Source: Terriglobia bacterium (GTDB taxonomy: Bacteria; Acidobacteriota; Terriglobia; UBA7540). From it: a stretch of 24,000 nt of DNA. Shown one piece after another: positions 1-9,265 of this stretch (positions within the stretch are counted from its first letter, which is position 1; every line of letters begins with the position of its first letter). The stretch is from contig JBEKCQ010000055.1 in the NCBI GenBank assembly GCA_050014795.1, positions 1-24,000 of the forward strand, read 5' to 3'. The notes under the pieces are model-generated. The model made no database searches. It had not been told where the DNA came from and saw only the letters and a list, made by a program, of their open reading frames with translations. The position numbers and the translations under genes were made by a program.

Positions 1-235
1 CCGCGCCACCCGTCGGCTCTTCGTACACGGCGAAGGTGAGGCGCACCGCCACGCTGCCCAGCGGCTCACCGCGCGCATCCAGTACCCTCCCGCTGAACTT
101 GATGAGGCGCGGCACCGCGGCCACGCTCGCTGGCGCCGAGCTGACATCACTCGCAGGCTGACTTTGCGCGCACACCATCGGCACCGAGAACAAACACACC
201 ACGACCGCCCATGTCCACGGATGAGTCCGGCTCAA
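1..235 (-). CDS. secreted protein, N-terminal part (CDS runs off the window start)
   Basis: Absent from the ORF track because it leaves the window. The reverse strand reads GGAGGTG (241-247), a 5-nt spacer, then TTG (235-233). The translation SRTHPWTWAVVVCLFSVPMVCAQSQPAS... looks like a signal peptide. It continues ...VPRLIKFSGRVLDARGEPLGSVAVRLTF..., like the start of a carboxypeptidase-regulatory-like beta-sandwich. The frame stays open to position 1. Confidence 0.5.
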   Translation of the reverse strand, partial: MSRTHPWTWAVVVCLFSVPMVCAQSQPASDVSSAPASVAAVPRLIKFSGRVLDARGEPLGSVAVRLTFAVYEEPTGGA

Positions 236-408
236 GGAAGCACCTCCCCGGTCCTAGACTTACACAGGTAGTTGAGCCGGAGTCTAGGCTCGCCGCACGC
301 GCTTGTCAATGCAGTCCTCTGACATCTGTCAGCTCAGGGCAAAAGTCCCGATGCTACGCAAGAATGTGGGGAATTGGATGAAGTAGCCCTTCGCGCCTGG
401 GGCAAAGG

Positions 409-1236
409 CTAAAAGAAGATGATGCCCGCGTAACCGACCACGGCGGAGCGGTCGCCGCTGGTGTCGGCGGAGGTGGCATACTTAACGAGCTCGGCGTGCT
501 GCGCGCCCAGTTCTTTCACCGCGGTGAGCATGGCGATGGCGGGACCGTAACCACACATCGAAATGTCTTCGCGCCGCAGCACGTCATTGAGGCCCTCGGG
601 GTCGAGCGCCAGCATCTTATCAATCGCCTTACGGTCTTTCAGGCGCGTGATGCTGTCGGGTTCGTAGTGGTTCATGTCGCTCGAGGCGATGATGAGGAAA
701 GGCTTCTTGACGCGCCCCGCGGCTTGCGCCAGGCCTTTGCCCAGTGATTCCAGGCTCGGATACCCGCCCACGCCAATGGCGATAGGAACGAAGCTGAAAT
801 CCTTCACCGTCCGCTGCAAGAAAGGGAGCTGGACTTCCAGCGAGTGTTCGTCCGCGTGGGCGGCGGAATCCTCCATGACGAGGTGACATCCCTGGTGCAC
901 GGCCGCAGCGAGGGCGCTATCGATGGGGACTTTGCCCAGGGGCGTCAGCCACGTGCCCGTGGACATCATCGCCAGGGGCGCGCCGCGACCGGTGTGGTTG
1001 GGGCAGAGGATAACATAAGAGGAACGCGCGGGCAGCCGGCGGAAGACTGCTCCGGCCACGGGGCCCGAGTACATGTAGCCGGCGTGCGGCACCACGCAAC
1101 CCAGCGCGTTTTCCACCTTCTCGCCGGGCCTCGGCTCAGGCGCCAAGTACGTGTCCAGATCGCGCGCCAGGATCTCCGGTCTCGCGGGATAGAAACGGCC
1201 CGCGACGGCAGGCTGGCGTATCGCGGGTTGCTGCAT
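409..1236 (-). CDS. amrB: AmmeMemoRadiSam system protein B (MEMO1 family)
   Basis: Family motifs AGRFYP, VPHAGYMYSG, EHSLEVQLPFL and SSDMNHY are present. I placed the start at the internal Met (MQQPAIRQPAVAGRFYP) rather than the track start at 1272. Confidence 0.85.
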   Translation of the reverse strand: MQQPAIRQPAVAGRFYPARPEILARDLDTYLAPEPRPGEKVENALGCVVPHAGYMYSGPVAGAVFRRLPARSSYVILCPNHTGRGAPLAMMSTGTWLTPLGKVPIDSALAAAVHQGCHLVMEDSAAHADEHSLEVQLPFLQRTVKDFSFVPIAIGVGGYPSLESLGKGLAQAAGRVKKPFLIIASSDMNHYEPDSITRLKDRKAIDKMLALDPEGLNDVLRREDISMCGYGPAIAMLTAVKELGAQHAELVKYATSADTSGDRSAVVGYAGIIFF

Positions 1237-1349
1237 ACCGCAAATGCTAGTCTCCCCCCGGACCCCTGTCAAGCGCCGGGGCGGAGGCGGTCAGTCCCGC
1301 GCGCTACGAGAATCCTAGGTGTTCACTCGGAAAGAGAAAGGGTGGAAGG

Positions 1350-1646
1350 CTAGTGGCTATCTTGGTCCACGCTGATCTTCAAGGAGCGGAGGAACAGCGC
1401 GTCCTGGTTGGTCAGGTGGAAGTCGCCTTCGCGGTGCTCCCCAGGCGCGACCTTCTGCCGGTGGAGGAGGTTGGTCTCGCCCCGCTTGTTGAAGCCGATG
1501 GTGACCTCGAGGATCAGAAACAGGTCGTAGCCCGCGGCGCGAATCCGCCCCATGACCTCAGAGACTTGCTCCGAGTCCGCCAGCGATTCGTTGATGGCGT
1601 ACCCTAGTTCCTTCACCAGGCGCCTGAAATTCTCGTCCAGCTCCAA
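1350..1646 (-). CDS. hypothetical protein (98 aa)
   Basis: TTG-initiated ORF with strongly G/C-biased third codon positions. The antisense ORF 1353..1607 looks like its shadow. I recognise no motif. Confidence 0.55.
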   Translation of the reverse strand: MELDENFRRLVKELGYAINESLADSEQVSEVMGRIRAAGYDLFLILEVTIGFNKRGETNLLHRQKVAPGEHREGDFHLTNQDALFLRSLKISVDQDSH

Positions 1647-1811
1647 GGGCCACCCGCCGACTCTGAGTTCCCGACTCCGGTAAAAATTCTATGACTGGCT
1701 TCGGAGGAGTGTCAAGGCAAAACGGCGGTGCCGATTTGACTGTCCCACGAATCCTTCTTAAGATACCCAGGGCCGAAGTGCCACGGGCCAGAGAAGTTTT
1801 GAGGTGGGAGT

Positions 1812-2057
1812 TTGAGTAAGCTCAGCGGTCTGTTAACTCGTTGGTTCCGCCACGCCCAACGGCTTTTTCACGTGCTGGTGGGCTTGGCTTTCTTGTTTCT
1901 CACCCTCGCGGGTGTCACGGTTTCGTTTGGCGAGTGGCAATACTACCAGCAGACTCCTGCGGTGGGTCTGGTGCGTTTTTATGTGTTGGCGGGCTTCACC
2001 GTTCTGCTGTTCATTTTTTGCCTCTACTCCTTCGTAAAGGCGCGCAGCGTGCGGTGA
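1812..2057 (+). CDS. small membrane protein (81 aa, two predicted TM helices)
   Basis: TTG start directly preceded by GAGGTGGGAG (1801-1810). Two hydrophobic stretches: LFHVLVGLAFLFLTLAGVTV and FYVLAGFTVLLFIFCLYSFV. Confidence 0.5.
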   Translation: MSKLSGLLTRWFRHAQRLFHVLVGLAFLFLTLAGVTVSFGEWQYYQQTPAVGLVRFYVLAGFTVLLFIFCLYSFVKARSVR

Positions 2058-2132
2058 CGTCCAGGGAACACGTTACAGGGCACAGGGAACTGGCTGGAGT
2101 CCTTATTCTGTTCCCTGTTCCCTCTTCGAGCC

Positions 2133-3734
2133 ATGAAATCCAACGACGAGAAGAATCGGTTCAAGACCGCCTCGAGGCCGGATGTGAAGCTCCTCTATAA
2201 ACCCGAGGATCTGGCGGAGTGGGACTGGGAACGTCAGCTCGGCTTCCCGGGGGAGTATCCCTACACACGTGGCATCTATCCCACCGGCTACCGCGGCCGG
2301 CTGTGGACCATGCGCCAGTACGCCGGCTTCGGCACGGCGCTGGAGTCCAATGCCCGGTTCCGCTACCTGCTGGCGCAAGGTCAGACCGGGCTTTCCGTAG
2401 CGTTCGACCTCCCCACGCAGATCGGCCTGGATTCGGACCATCCCCTGGCGCGCGGCGAAGTGGGTCGCGTCGGTGTCGCCATCGACTCGCTCGAAGATAT
2501 GGAAACCTTGTTCCAGGGTATCCCCCTCGAGCAGGTCTCCACTTCGATGACCATCAACGCCACCGCGGCCGTCCTGCTGGCGCTCTATTTTGCTGTGGCG
2601 GAAAAACAGGGCGCAGACCTCAAGAAGCTCGCGGGGACGGTGCAGAACGACATTCTCAAGGAGTATGTCGCGCGCGGGACGTACATTTACCCGCCCGAAC
2701 CGGCATTACGGTTGGTCACTGACATCTTCGCGTTTTGCCACGAGCGCGCGCCGGAATGGAACACAATTTCCATCAGCGGCTATCACATTCGCGAGGCGGG
2801 TTCCACCGCCATCCAGGAGGTGGCCTTCACCCTGGCGAACGGCATCGCCTATGTCGAGGCGGCGCGGGCCCGGGGGCTCGCCGTGGACGACATCGCGCCT
2901 CGCCTCTCGTTCTTCCTGAACGCCCATAACGATTTGCTGGAAGAAATCGCCAAGTTCCGCGCCGCGCGACGCCTCTGGGCGCGCCTCATGCGCGAGCGCT
3001 TCCAGGCCCAGAATCCTCGCTCTTGGATGTTCCGGTTCCACACGCAGACCGCGGGGAGTGCGCTCACGGCGCAGCAACCCGACGTGAACCTCGTGCGGGT
3101 AACCCTCCAGGCGCTGGCCGCCGTGCTGGGAGGAACCCAGTCGCTCCACACGAATGCTCGCGACGAGGCTCTGGCGTTACCTTCCGAGGCTTCGGTGCTG
3201 CTCGCCCTGCGTACGCAACAGATCCTGGCCCACGAGAGCGGCGTCACGAACACTGTGGATCCGCTGGCGGGCTCCTATGCCGTCGAAGCGCTCACTAACC
3301 AGGTTGAACAGGGCGCGGAAGAATACCTGCGCAAGATCGACGCGCTGGGCGGCGTGCTGCGTGCCATCGAGACTGGCTACATCCAACGCGAGATTCAACA
3401 GGCAGCGTACGAATACCAGAAGGGCGTGGAATCCGGCGAGCGTGTGGTGGTCGGGGTCAACCGCTACGGGGCGGAAGACGCGCCTTCCCCGCCCCTGCTG
3501 CAGATTGATCCACAGATTGAGCGCGCCCAGGTGGAACGCGTACAGAAGTTGCGTGCGCGGCGTGACGGGGCGCAAGTCGCGACCGCCCTGAAAGAGATCG
3601 AGGCCACCGCGCGCTCCCAGCGAAACCTGATGCCGGCCATCCTCGAAGCCGTGAAAGCCCACGCGACGGTGGGCGAGATTTCCGACGCCCTGCGGAACGT
3701 TTTCGGCGAGTACCAGGAAAGCGTAGTCCTTTAG
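2133..3734 (+). CDS. methylmalonyl-CoA mutase family protein, catalytic (TIM-barrel) large-subunit domain only
   Basis: Signature [16 protein letters not shown], plus [23 protein letters not shown] and [12 protein letters not shown]. At 533 aa it has no C-terminal B12-binding domain. Confidence 0.9.
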   Translation: MKSNDEKNRFKTASRPDVKLLYKPEDLAEWDWERQLGFPGEYPYTRGIYPTGYRGRLWTMRQYAGFGTALESNARFRYLLAQGQTGLSVAFDLPTQIGLDSDHPLARGEVGRVGVAIDSLEDMETLFQGIPLEQVSTSMTINATAAVLLALYFAVAEKQGADLKKLAGTVQNDILKEYVARGTYIYPPEPALRLVTDIFAFCHERAPEWNTISISGYHIREAGSTAIQEVAFTLANGIAYVEAARARGLAVDDIAPRLSFFLNAHNDLLEEIAKFRAARRLWARLMRERFQAQNPRSWMFRFHTQTAGSALTAQQPDVNLVRVTLQALAAVLGGTQSLHTNARDEALALPSEASVLLALRTQQILAHESGVTNTVDPLAGSYAVEALTNQVEQGAEEYLRKIDALGGVLRAIETGYIQREIQQAAYEYQKGVESGERVVVGVNRYGAEDAPSPPLLQIDPQIERAQVERVQKLRARRDGAQVATALKEIEATARSQRNLMPAILEAVKAHATVGEISDALRNVFGEYQESVVL

Positions 3735-3927
3735 CTAGGGGAATCAACCGGTTTGCCTGCTGAGATTTGCGATCCTTGCCTTTTCGAACGCGACGCACCA
3801 GTCATGTCTATGATCGTCGAAGTTCGAACGAAATTACGGTAAAGAGCAGAGAATAGATGGCTGCCGATACTGTAATGCGTTTGGGCTTTCGCAGTGCGAA
3901 CAGCGAATCCCCCCAAATGTTCTTTCC

Positions 3928-3956
3928 TAGACTTTCTCAATCGGACGCGGTATAAT
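3928..3956 (+). promoter_or_regulatory. sigma-70-like promoter candidate for vapBC (TAGACT-N17-TATAAT)
   Basis: TAGACT at 3928-3933, a 17-nt spacer and a perfect TATAAT at 3951-3956, about 20-27 nt upstream of the vapB start, within a locally AT-richer intergenic stretch. Confidence 0.4.
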
Positions 3957-3976
3957 AAGTCCCGTAGAAATGGGAT

Positions 3977-4261
3977 TTGATTATGGGACATTGTAGAACC
4001 CACGTTGTTCTACCCGAAGCGCTGGTGGCTGAAATTGACGGGCTGGTCGGCCAGAGGAGGAGAAGCGCCTTCCTCGCCGAAGTTGCCACGCGGGAGGTTC
4101 GCCGCCGCCGTTTGCTGGCGATTCTCAATAAGGATGCACCGGCGTGGAAGCCCACCGACCACCCCGACATCGAGAAAGCCGGAGGGGCTGCAGGCTGGGT
4201 GCGGAAAATACGGCGCGAGGCCGATAGGTCGTCGCGGCGCCGTTTGCGGCCGCGACGCTGA
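3977..4261 (+). CDS. vapB: ribbon-helix-helix antitoxin (VapB-like)
   Basis: The N-terminal THVVLPEALVAEIDGLVGQRRRSAFLAEVATREV fits an RHH/CopG fold. The stop TGA (4259-4261) overlaps the ATG of the PIN gene by 1 nt. The start could be TTG 3977 or ATG 3983. Confidence 0.7.
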   Translation: MIMGHCRTHVVLPEALVAEIDGLVGQRRRSAFLAEVATREVRRRRLLAILNKDAPAWKPTDHPDIEKAGGAAGWVRKIRREADRSSRRRLRPRR

Positions 4262-4650
4262 TGACGATTTTGCTAGATACTTCCGTCATCATTGATGCCT
4301 TACGTAATCGCCGCGGCCGGCGTGAGCTGCTTCGGTCGCTCCTCGAACAGGGGCACGACCTGGCTTGCTGTGCGATCAATGTGGCTGAAGTGCATTCCGG
4401 CGTGCGGCCGCATGAGGCCAGCGCGACAAGCGAATTCATTGACAGCCTCGGGTATATCCAGATCAGTCGGGCAGCGGCCCGTCACGCGGGACAAATGAGG
4501 CTGGAGTGGCAACGCAAGGGGAGGACTCTGAGCCTGCCGGACGCCCTCATTGGTGCTGTAGCGCTCGACGAAGGTTTGGCCGTCGCCACGGATGACGTCC
4601 GGGACTTTTCGTTGCTCCATGTGAAGATGTGGCCCATGCCGGGAGTTTAA
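4261..4650 (+). CDS. vapC: PIN-domain toxin (VapC family ribonuclease)
   Basis: MTILLDTSVIID (first acidic residue), INVAEV, and DALIGAVAL...ATDDVRDF (C-terminal acidic residues). Translationally coupled to the upstream RHH gene. Confidence 0.85.
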   Translation: MTILLDTSVIIDALRNRRGRRELLRSLLEQGHDLACCAINVAEVHSGVRPHEASATSEFIDSLGYIQISRAAARHAGQMRLEWQRKGRTLSLPDALIGAVALDEGLAVATDDVRDFSLLHVKMWPMPGV

Positions 4651-4655
4651 CCATA

Positions 4656-6044
4656 ATGGCGACCCTGCAATTTCTCGGCGCGACAGGCACCGTCACCGGC
4701 TCCCGGTATCTTCTGGAGGCGGACGGCGAGCGCCTGATGATCGATTGCGGTCTTTTCCAGGGCGCCAAGGAATTACGCCTGCGCAACTGGAATCCCTCCC
4801 CCGTGCCGGCCTCGAGCATTCAGTGGCTCGTCCTGACGCACGCGCATCTGGACCACATCGGCTACATTCCGCGCCTGATCAAAGACGGCTTTCGCGGGCA
4901 GGTCCTGACGTCGGCGCCCACCGTGGACCTGGCGCGCGTGGTCCTGCCGGACTCAGGTCACCTCCAGGAAGAAGAAGCCGAATACGCCAACTTCAAAGGC
5001 TACAGTAAACACAAGCCCGCCTTGCCGCTCTACACGTATGAAGAAGCGGTGAAATCGCTCGAATCGTTCCGCGCCATCAACGATTCGCCACCGCTGGAGC
5101 TTTCTTCGCACTTCACCCTGCGCTTCCATCGCGCCGGACATATCCTGGGCGCGCGCATGATCGAAGTGAACGTGCGCGACAACGGCAGCACACGCCGGGT
5201 GCTCTTCAGTGGCGACCTCGGCCGCTTCCCGCAATTGATCCTCTACGAACCGGTCGTGCCGGACGGCGTCGATTACCTGCTGCTGGAATCCACCTACGGA
5301 GACCGCTTGCATCCGCAGGACGACTTTCGCGCCCGGCTGGCCTCAATCGTGGAAGCCACCGCCGGACGCGGCGGCACGCTCGTGATTCCTTCCTTTGCCG
5401 TGGGGAGAACCCAGGAACTACTCTACATCTTTCGCGAAATGATCGAGCAAGGGGTGATGCACTCGCTTCCCATCCACGTGGACAGCCCGATGGCGATCGA
5501 CGTCACCGAACTCTACCTGCGTCACAAGGAAGAGCACGACCTGGAAACACTGGCTATCGAATCGCGGGGAATCAAGCCGTTCTCGCCCCCGGACGTCCAC
5601 TTCGCGCGCAGTCGCGAGGAATCGGTGGCGCTGAACCAGGTGCGCTATCCGATGATTATCATCTCGGCCAGCGGCATGGCCACCGGCGGCCGCGTCCTGC
5701 ATCATCTGGAGCGCTGCCTGCCCGACCACCGCAACACCGTCCTCTTTGTGGGATTTCAGGCGGCGGGAACCCGCGGGCAGATCATCAAGTCAGGCGCGGA
5801 GTCCGTCAAGATGCACGGCCACGAAGTGCGGATACGCGCCCGCATCGAGTCTATGGAGAACCTGAGCGCCCACGCTGACTACGGGGAAATGCTCCGGTGG
5901 CTCGGGCAGTACCAGAAGCCCCCGCGCCAGACTCTGCTCGTCCACGGCGAGCCCCCCGCCGCCGAGGCGCTGAAGGAGAAGATTACCCAGCAGCTTCGCT
6001 GGAGCGCCTCCATTCCGTCCTACCTCGAGAAAATCACATTGTGA
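4656..6044 (+). CDS. MBL-fold metallo-hydrolase, beta-CASP RNA-metabolising family
   Basis: LVLTHAHLDHIG (HxHxDH), ESTYGDR, PSFAVGRTQELLY and a C-terminal LLVHGEP. I placed the start at ATG 4656 (MATLQFLGATGTVTGS), just after the vapC stop. Confidence 0.85.
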   Translation: MATLQFLGATGTVTGSRYLLEADGERLMIDCGLFQGAKELRLRNWNPSPVPASSIQWLVLTHAHLDHIGYIPRLIKDGFRGQVLTSAPTVDLARVVLPDSGHLQEEEAEYANFKGYSKHKPALPLYTYEEAVKSLESFRAINDSPPLELSSHFTLRFHRAGHILGARMIEVNVRDNGSTRRVLFSGDLGRFPQLILYEPVVPDGVDYLLLESTYGDRLHPQDDFRARLASIVEATAGRGGTLVIPSFAVGRTQELLYIFREMIEQGVMHSLPIHVDSPMAIDVTELYLRHKEEHDLETLAIESRGIKPFSPPDVHFARSREESVALNQVRYPMIIISASGMATGGRVLHHLERCLPDHRNTVLFVGFQAAGTRGQIIKSGAESVKMHGHEVRIRARIESMENLSAHADYGEMLRWLGQYQKPPRQTLLVHGEPPAAEALKEKITQQLRWSASIPSYLEKITL

Positions 6045-6080
6045 AGAATCTGTAGCGGCGGTCTCCGACCGCCGAGGCAC

Positions 6081-6680
6081 TCATGCCGGTGGACCGGATG
6101 CAGGAGGTGGTGTGGGCTCGCCGGGCGCCAAGCCCAACTGGTTCGCGATCGTGCGCATGGCTTCGATGCAGAAAGTAATGTGCTCGTCGAGGGGGAGGCT
6201 GAGTTCCTCGGCGCCTTTAATGATGTCCTCGCGGCTCACGGCGCGCGCGAAGGCTTTGTCTTTCATCCGTTTGCGAACCGACTTGGCTTCGAGGGTGGCG
6301 ATGCGGTCGGGCCGGACGAGCGCGCAAGCCGTGATGAATCCCGCCAGCTCGTCGCACGCATAAAGCGCCTTGGCCAGCAACGTGTCGCGCGGCACGCCGG
6401 AGTAATCGGCGTGCCCCAGGATGGCGCGGCGGATTTCTTCCGAAACACCCTTCTCTTTCAGAATTTCGCTGCCCTTCACCGGGTGGTCCGGCGCGGTGGG
6501 GTAGAGTTCGTAATCAAAGTCATGTATCAATCCCACGACACCCCACTTCTCTTCGTCCTCGCCGAACTTCCGGGCATAGGCGCGCAGGCAAGCCTCGACA
6601 GCCAGCGCGTGCTTGCGCAGGTTCTCGTTCTTGGTGTACTCGCAAAGCAGGTCCCACGCCGCTTGACGGTTCATTGGCAT
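6081..6680 (-). CDS. HD/HDIG-domain phosphohydrolase
   Basis: H...GLIHDFDY and GHADYSG motifs. The start at Met18 of the track ORF (MPMNRQAAWDLL) is preceded by GGAG on the reverse strand. Confidence 0.85.
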   Translation of the reverse strand: MPMNRQAAWDLLCEYTKNENLRKHALAVEACLRAYARKFGEDEEKWGVVGLIHDFDYELYPTAPDHPVKGSEILKEKGVSEEIRRAILGHADYSGVPRDTLLAKALYACDELAGFITACALVRPDRIATLEAKSVRKRMKDKAFARAVSREDIIKGAEELSLPLDEHITFCIEAMRTIANQLGLAPGEPTPPPASGPPA

Positions 6681-6962
6681 CGCTCCTTCGATCGTGCGCG
6701 CCATTATACGCCGGGAAGCACCCCTGCCCAAGGCGAAGGCCCATAGCCCGACACCCCGCCTTAGGTGCCCTTTGTTTTCGAATACGATACGCTTCGCCTT
6801 GAATTGGAACTTTGACCAGCCGGAGGATTCTGTTGCTCACGCGCTGTAGCCAGCGATAGAATCTGCCCGAGTCGGCGCTTTCAGGAGAAGGTTCCGACAG
6901 TATCTGAGGCTTTCACCCGCTGCCGAGTCTCGCATGGCAATCTGCCCCAGGAGGTCCCTCCT

Positions 6963-8429
6963 ATGAGAATCTGCCCGAAGTGCGGCGCCCAATCCCCTGA
7001 CGAGTACAATTTCTGTGGCCAATGCGCCGCGCCGCTGCCTGCCAAGGAAGTCGGACCCGAGGCAGTCGCGCCCCCGGTTGCGCCTGCTGCACCCGAGGTG
7101 CCACAGTCTTCGGTGCTTCCGGTTGCGCCGCCGCTCGGCTCACTCGGGACACGCCTGGTAGCGCACCTGATTGATCTTGTATTTCTCGTCCTAGCCTTCT
7201 GGTTGACCGGCAACGCCTATGGCGCACTGCTCGGCGGTTTGACGCCGAGTGGGTTCAATCTCACCGGCCTCCCCGCGCTCATCATCATCGGGGTGGCCTG
7301 TCTCGGGTTTTTCATTTACCTAGTCGTTTTCGAAGGGCTCGTGGGCGCGACACCCGGAAAGTTCCTCCTGGGCCTGCGCGTGAGAACCGTCGAAGGCGCT
7401 CCCTGCAAGTTCTCCCAGGCCGCGGTCCGCAACATCCTGCGCATTGTGGATGCGATTGCCGTTTACCTGGTGGCGCTCGTCGTGGCGTTGATCTCGAAAA
7501 AGAAGCAGCGTATAGGCGACTTGGCGGCACGGACCATCGTCGTTCAAGAGGCTCCCGGCGCGGCCAAGCGGGTGGGCGCGGTGCTTTTTCTGCTGGTTTG
7601 CCTGGTCGGCACCATTCTCGCTTCTCTGTACGTACGCCACCACTCCCGCGTTCCCATCCTGACCTTTGGCATCGCCAACCTGCGCCTCGCAGATTCGGAC
7701 ACGGCCCCGCCACGCACGAGCGCGGAATACAAGCCCGAGGAGGAGGTAAGGATCTTCTACGAGGTGCCAGGATACGAACTCGACAAGGATTCCTACATTG
7801 CCGTCATCACCCGGAACCAGGTGCTCGCCCCCGACGGCAAACCGTTCTTCGAAACCAAGACGATTGAGGTGAGGCAAAAGGCGGGAGACGACTCGGGACC
7901 GGTCAAGTGCAATTTCCACATCACCCTTCCACCCTGGGCGCCGCCCGGCCAGTACACCATCAGTATCCAGGCCGAGGACCAGATCGCCCACAAGACGGAG
8001 GCGGCGGCGGTAGTGTTCACGGTCAAGGCCCCGCCGGTTGAGACTAGCGCCACGCTGGTGGCCAAGAACATCGAACTGGCGAACAGCAGTGACGGCGCGA
8101 CGCTTAGCCCGCCCGTGTTCACTCCCGGGCAAAGCATCTGGCTGCGCTTCCGCGTCCTGGGGGTAAAGGCCAACGAGCAAGGACAAGTCCGCCTGACAGA
8201 GGACTGGGGCGTCATCGGCCCCGATGGCAAACCCCTCTTCGAACAGAGTGACACTTCCCTGGTGAACGAGCAGTACGTCTATCCGCCGCCGTTTGTCCCC
8301 GTCACGGACCACGTCAGCACACCCTCCAGCCTTGAGCCGGGGGAGTACAAGTTTCACGTGGTGCTACACGACAAGATGAGCGGCGCGGACTTCACACTCG
8401 ATCAGCCGTTCACGATTACGAAGCCCTGA
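6963..8429 (+). CDS. zinc-ribbon / RDD-family membrane protein with duplicated C-terminal beta-rich domain
   Basis: N-terminal CPKCG...CGQC zinc ribbon and a Pro/Ala linker. An RDD-type TM region follows (RLVAHLIDLVFL ... GDLAARTIVV). Two related C-terminal repeats are present (APDGKPFFETKTIEV... and GPDGKPLFEQSDTSLV...). Confidence 0.8.
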   Translation: MRICPKCGAQSPDEYNFCGQCAAPLPAKEVGPEAVAPPVAPAAPEVPQSSVLPVAPPLGSLGTRLVAHLIDLVFLVLAFWLTGNAYGALLGGLTPSGFNLTGLPALIIIGVACLGFFIYLVVFEGLVGATPGKFLLGLRVRTVEGAPCKFSQAAVRNILRIVDAIAVYLVALVVALISKKKQRIGDLAARTIVVQEAPGAAKRVGAVLFLLVCLVGTILASLYVRHHSRVPILTFGIANLRLADSDTAPPRTSAEYKPEEEVRIFYEVPGYELDKDSYIAVITRNQVLAPDGKPFFETKTIEVRQKAGDDSGPVKCNFHITLPPWAPPGQYTISIQAEDQIAHKTEAAAVVFTVKAPPVETSATLVAKNIELANSSDGATLSPPVFTPGQSIWLRFRVLGVKANEQGQVRLTEDWGVIGPDGKPLFEQSDTSLVNEQYVYPPPFVPVTDHVSTPSSLEPGEYKFHVVLHDKMSGADFTLDQPFTITKP

Positions 8430-8493
8430 GTGCGGCTCGTCGCCGCGTTGACAGGTTCGGCGAGTTGCGTTACTTTCGTGGTGTCGGTTCCTT

Positions 8494-8571
8494 AGGCCCG
8501 TAGCTCAGCCCGGTTAGAGCGCTACCTTGACACGGTAGAGGTCTGGGGTTCGAGTCCCCACGGGCCTACCA
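8494..8571 (+). tRNA. tRNA-Val (anticodon GAC), CCA encoded
   Basis: Hand-folded cloverleaf: acceptor AGGCCCG/CGGGCCT, D stem GCTC/GAGC, anticodon stem CTACC/GGTAG. The anticodon loop is TTGACAC, the T stem is TGGGG/CCCCA with TTCGAGT loop, discriminator A, then CCA. Confidence 0.9.
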
Positions 8572-8588
8572 TACGGCGTTTCAGCCCA

Positions 8589-8610
8589 TGTAGCGGAAAA
8601 TGTAGCGGGT
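8589..8610 (+). repeat. 22-nt motif TGTAGCGG-AAAA-TGTAGCGGGT, copy 1 (18 nt after the tRNA end)
   Basis: An internal tandem of TGTAGCGG with 12-nt period. It matches 17747-17768 at 18 of 22 positions, differing only in the 4-nt spacer. Confidence 0.5.
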
Positions 8611-8813
8611 ACCTGTGTTGATTGGCTTTGACTGGTTTGGGTTGGCCACGCGCAGATTCGTCACAAGAGCAAAGCTGATCGTAAGATTATATGTACTCGC
8701 CATTTATGGTTGTGTAGAATTCAGTTTAGCTGGAGACGCGGATTGTCATATAACATTCGGGACCCGGAGTAGCCGTGGCAGAGTTCTTGGCGTGCCTTCG
8801 GACGAGGCGGTGC

Positions 8814-9263
8814 ATGGGCGAGCGGCAACGGTCTCGACGTGGGAAGCGAACCGAAGCACAGATCAGCTTCAACATGTCTCGGGTGCGGAGCAGCGGGTCC
8901 AGGATCGAGCGGATGTTGGAGGAGGCTCTCCGGAAGGCTGGCGTCAGACCGAAGAAACAGGCTGCAATTGTTGGGCGACCAGACTTTGTTTTCCGTGCGG
9001 CGCGCGTGGCTGTGTTTTGCGACAGTCACTTCTGGCACGGGTACAAATGGAAAGAAAGGAAGCATGAGATAAAAAGCAATCGCAAATTCTGGTTAGAAAA
9101 GATCCAGCACAATATCAAACGGGATCGATATGTCAACCGCACGTTGAGAAGAGCAGGATGGCTGGTCGTTCGCTTCTGGCAACATCAGATCCTGCATTCG
9201 CCCAGCAAGTGCGCGGCCAAAGTCAAGCAGGTTGTTACAGCTCGAAGGACCGGACTAATTTAG
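8814..9263 (+). CDS. vsr: very-short-patch repair endonuclease (Vsr, T:G mismatch)
   Basis: RSKNMSR-like ISFNMSRVRSSGSRIE, GRPDFVF, AVFCDSHFWHG, NRKFWLEKIQHNIKRDR and GWLVVRFWQH all match Vsr family blocks. The start at ATG 8814 follows GAGG. Confidence 0.85.
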   Translation: MGERQRSRRGKRTEAQISFNMSRVRSSGSRIERMLEEALRKAGVRPKKQAAIVGRPDFVFRAARVAVFCDSHFWHGYKWKERKHEIKSNRKFWLEKIQHNIKRDRYVNRTLRRAGWLVVRFWQHQILHSPSKCAAKVKQVVTARRTGLI

Positions 9264-9265
9264 AA

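Noticed and set aside
7320-8357. 345-aa ORF antisense to the RDD gene. Similar long antisense or off-frame ORFs occur in the GC-rich core (844-1353, 2219-2722, 2706-3149, 2849-3253, 3154-3591, 3177-3662, 6180-6746).
   Set aside because: These are typical shadow ORFs of high-GC DNA. They are Arg/Gly/Pro/Ala-rich and motif-free, and each fully overlaps a gene with clear family motifs.
8540-8571. Search for a second copy of the tRNA-Val 3' end (att direct repeat) at the 17.1-17.7 kb junction or elsewhere.
   Set aside because: I found no convincing copy by eye. GGCTTCGATGGCTTCCC near 17559 resembles the T-arm only weakly. The true attR is probably beyond the window.
8615-9067. 150-aa ORF starting just after the tRNA and overlapping vsr out of frame.
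   Set aside because: The overlapping frame encodes unmistakable Vsr motifs, and this ORF has no supporting features.
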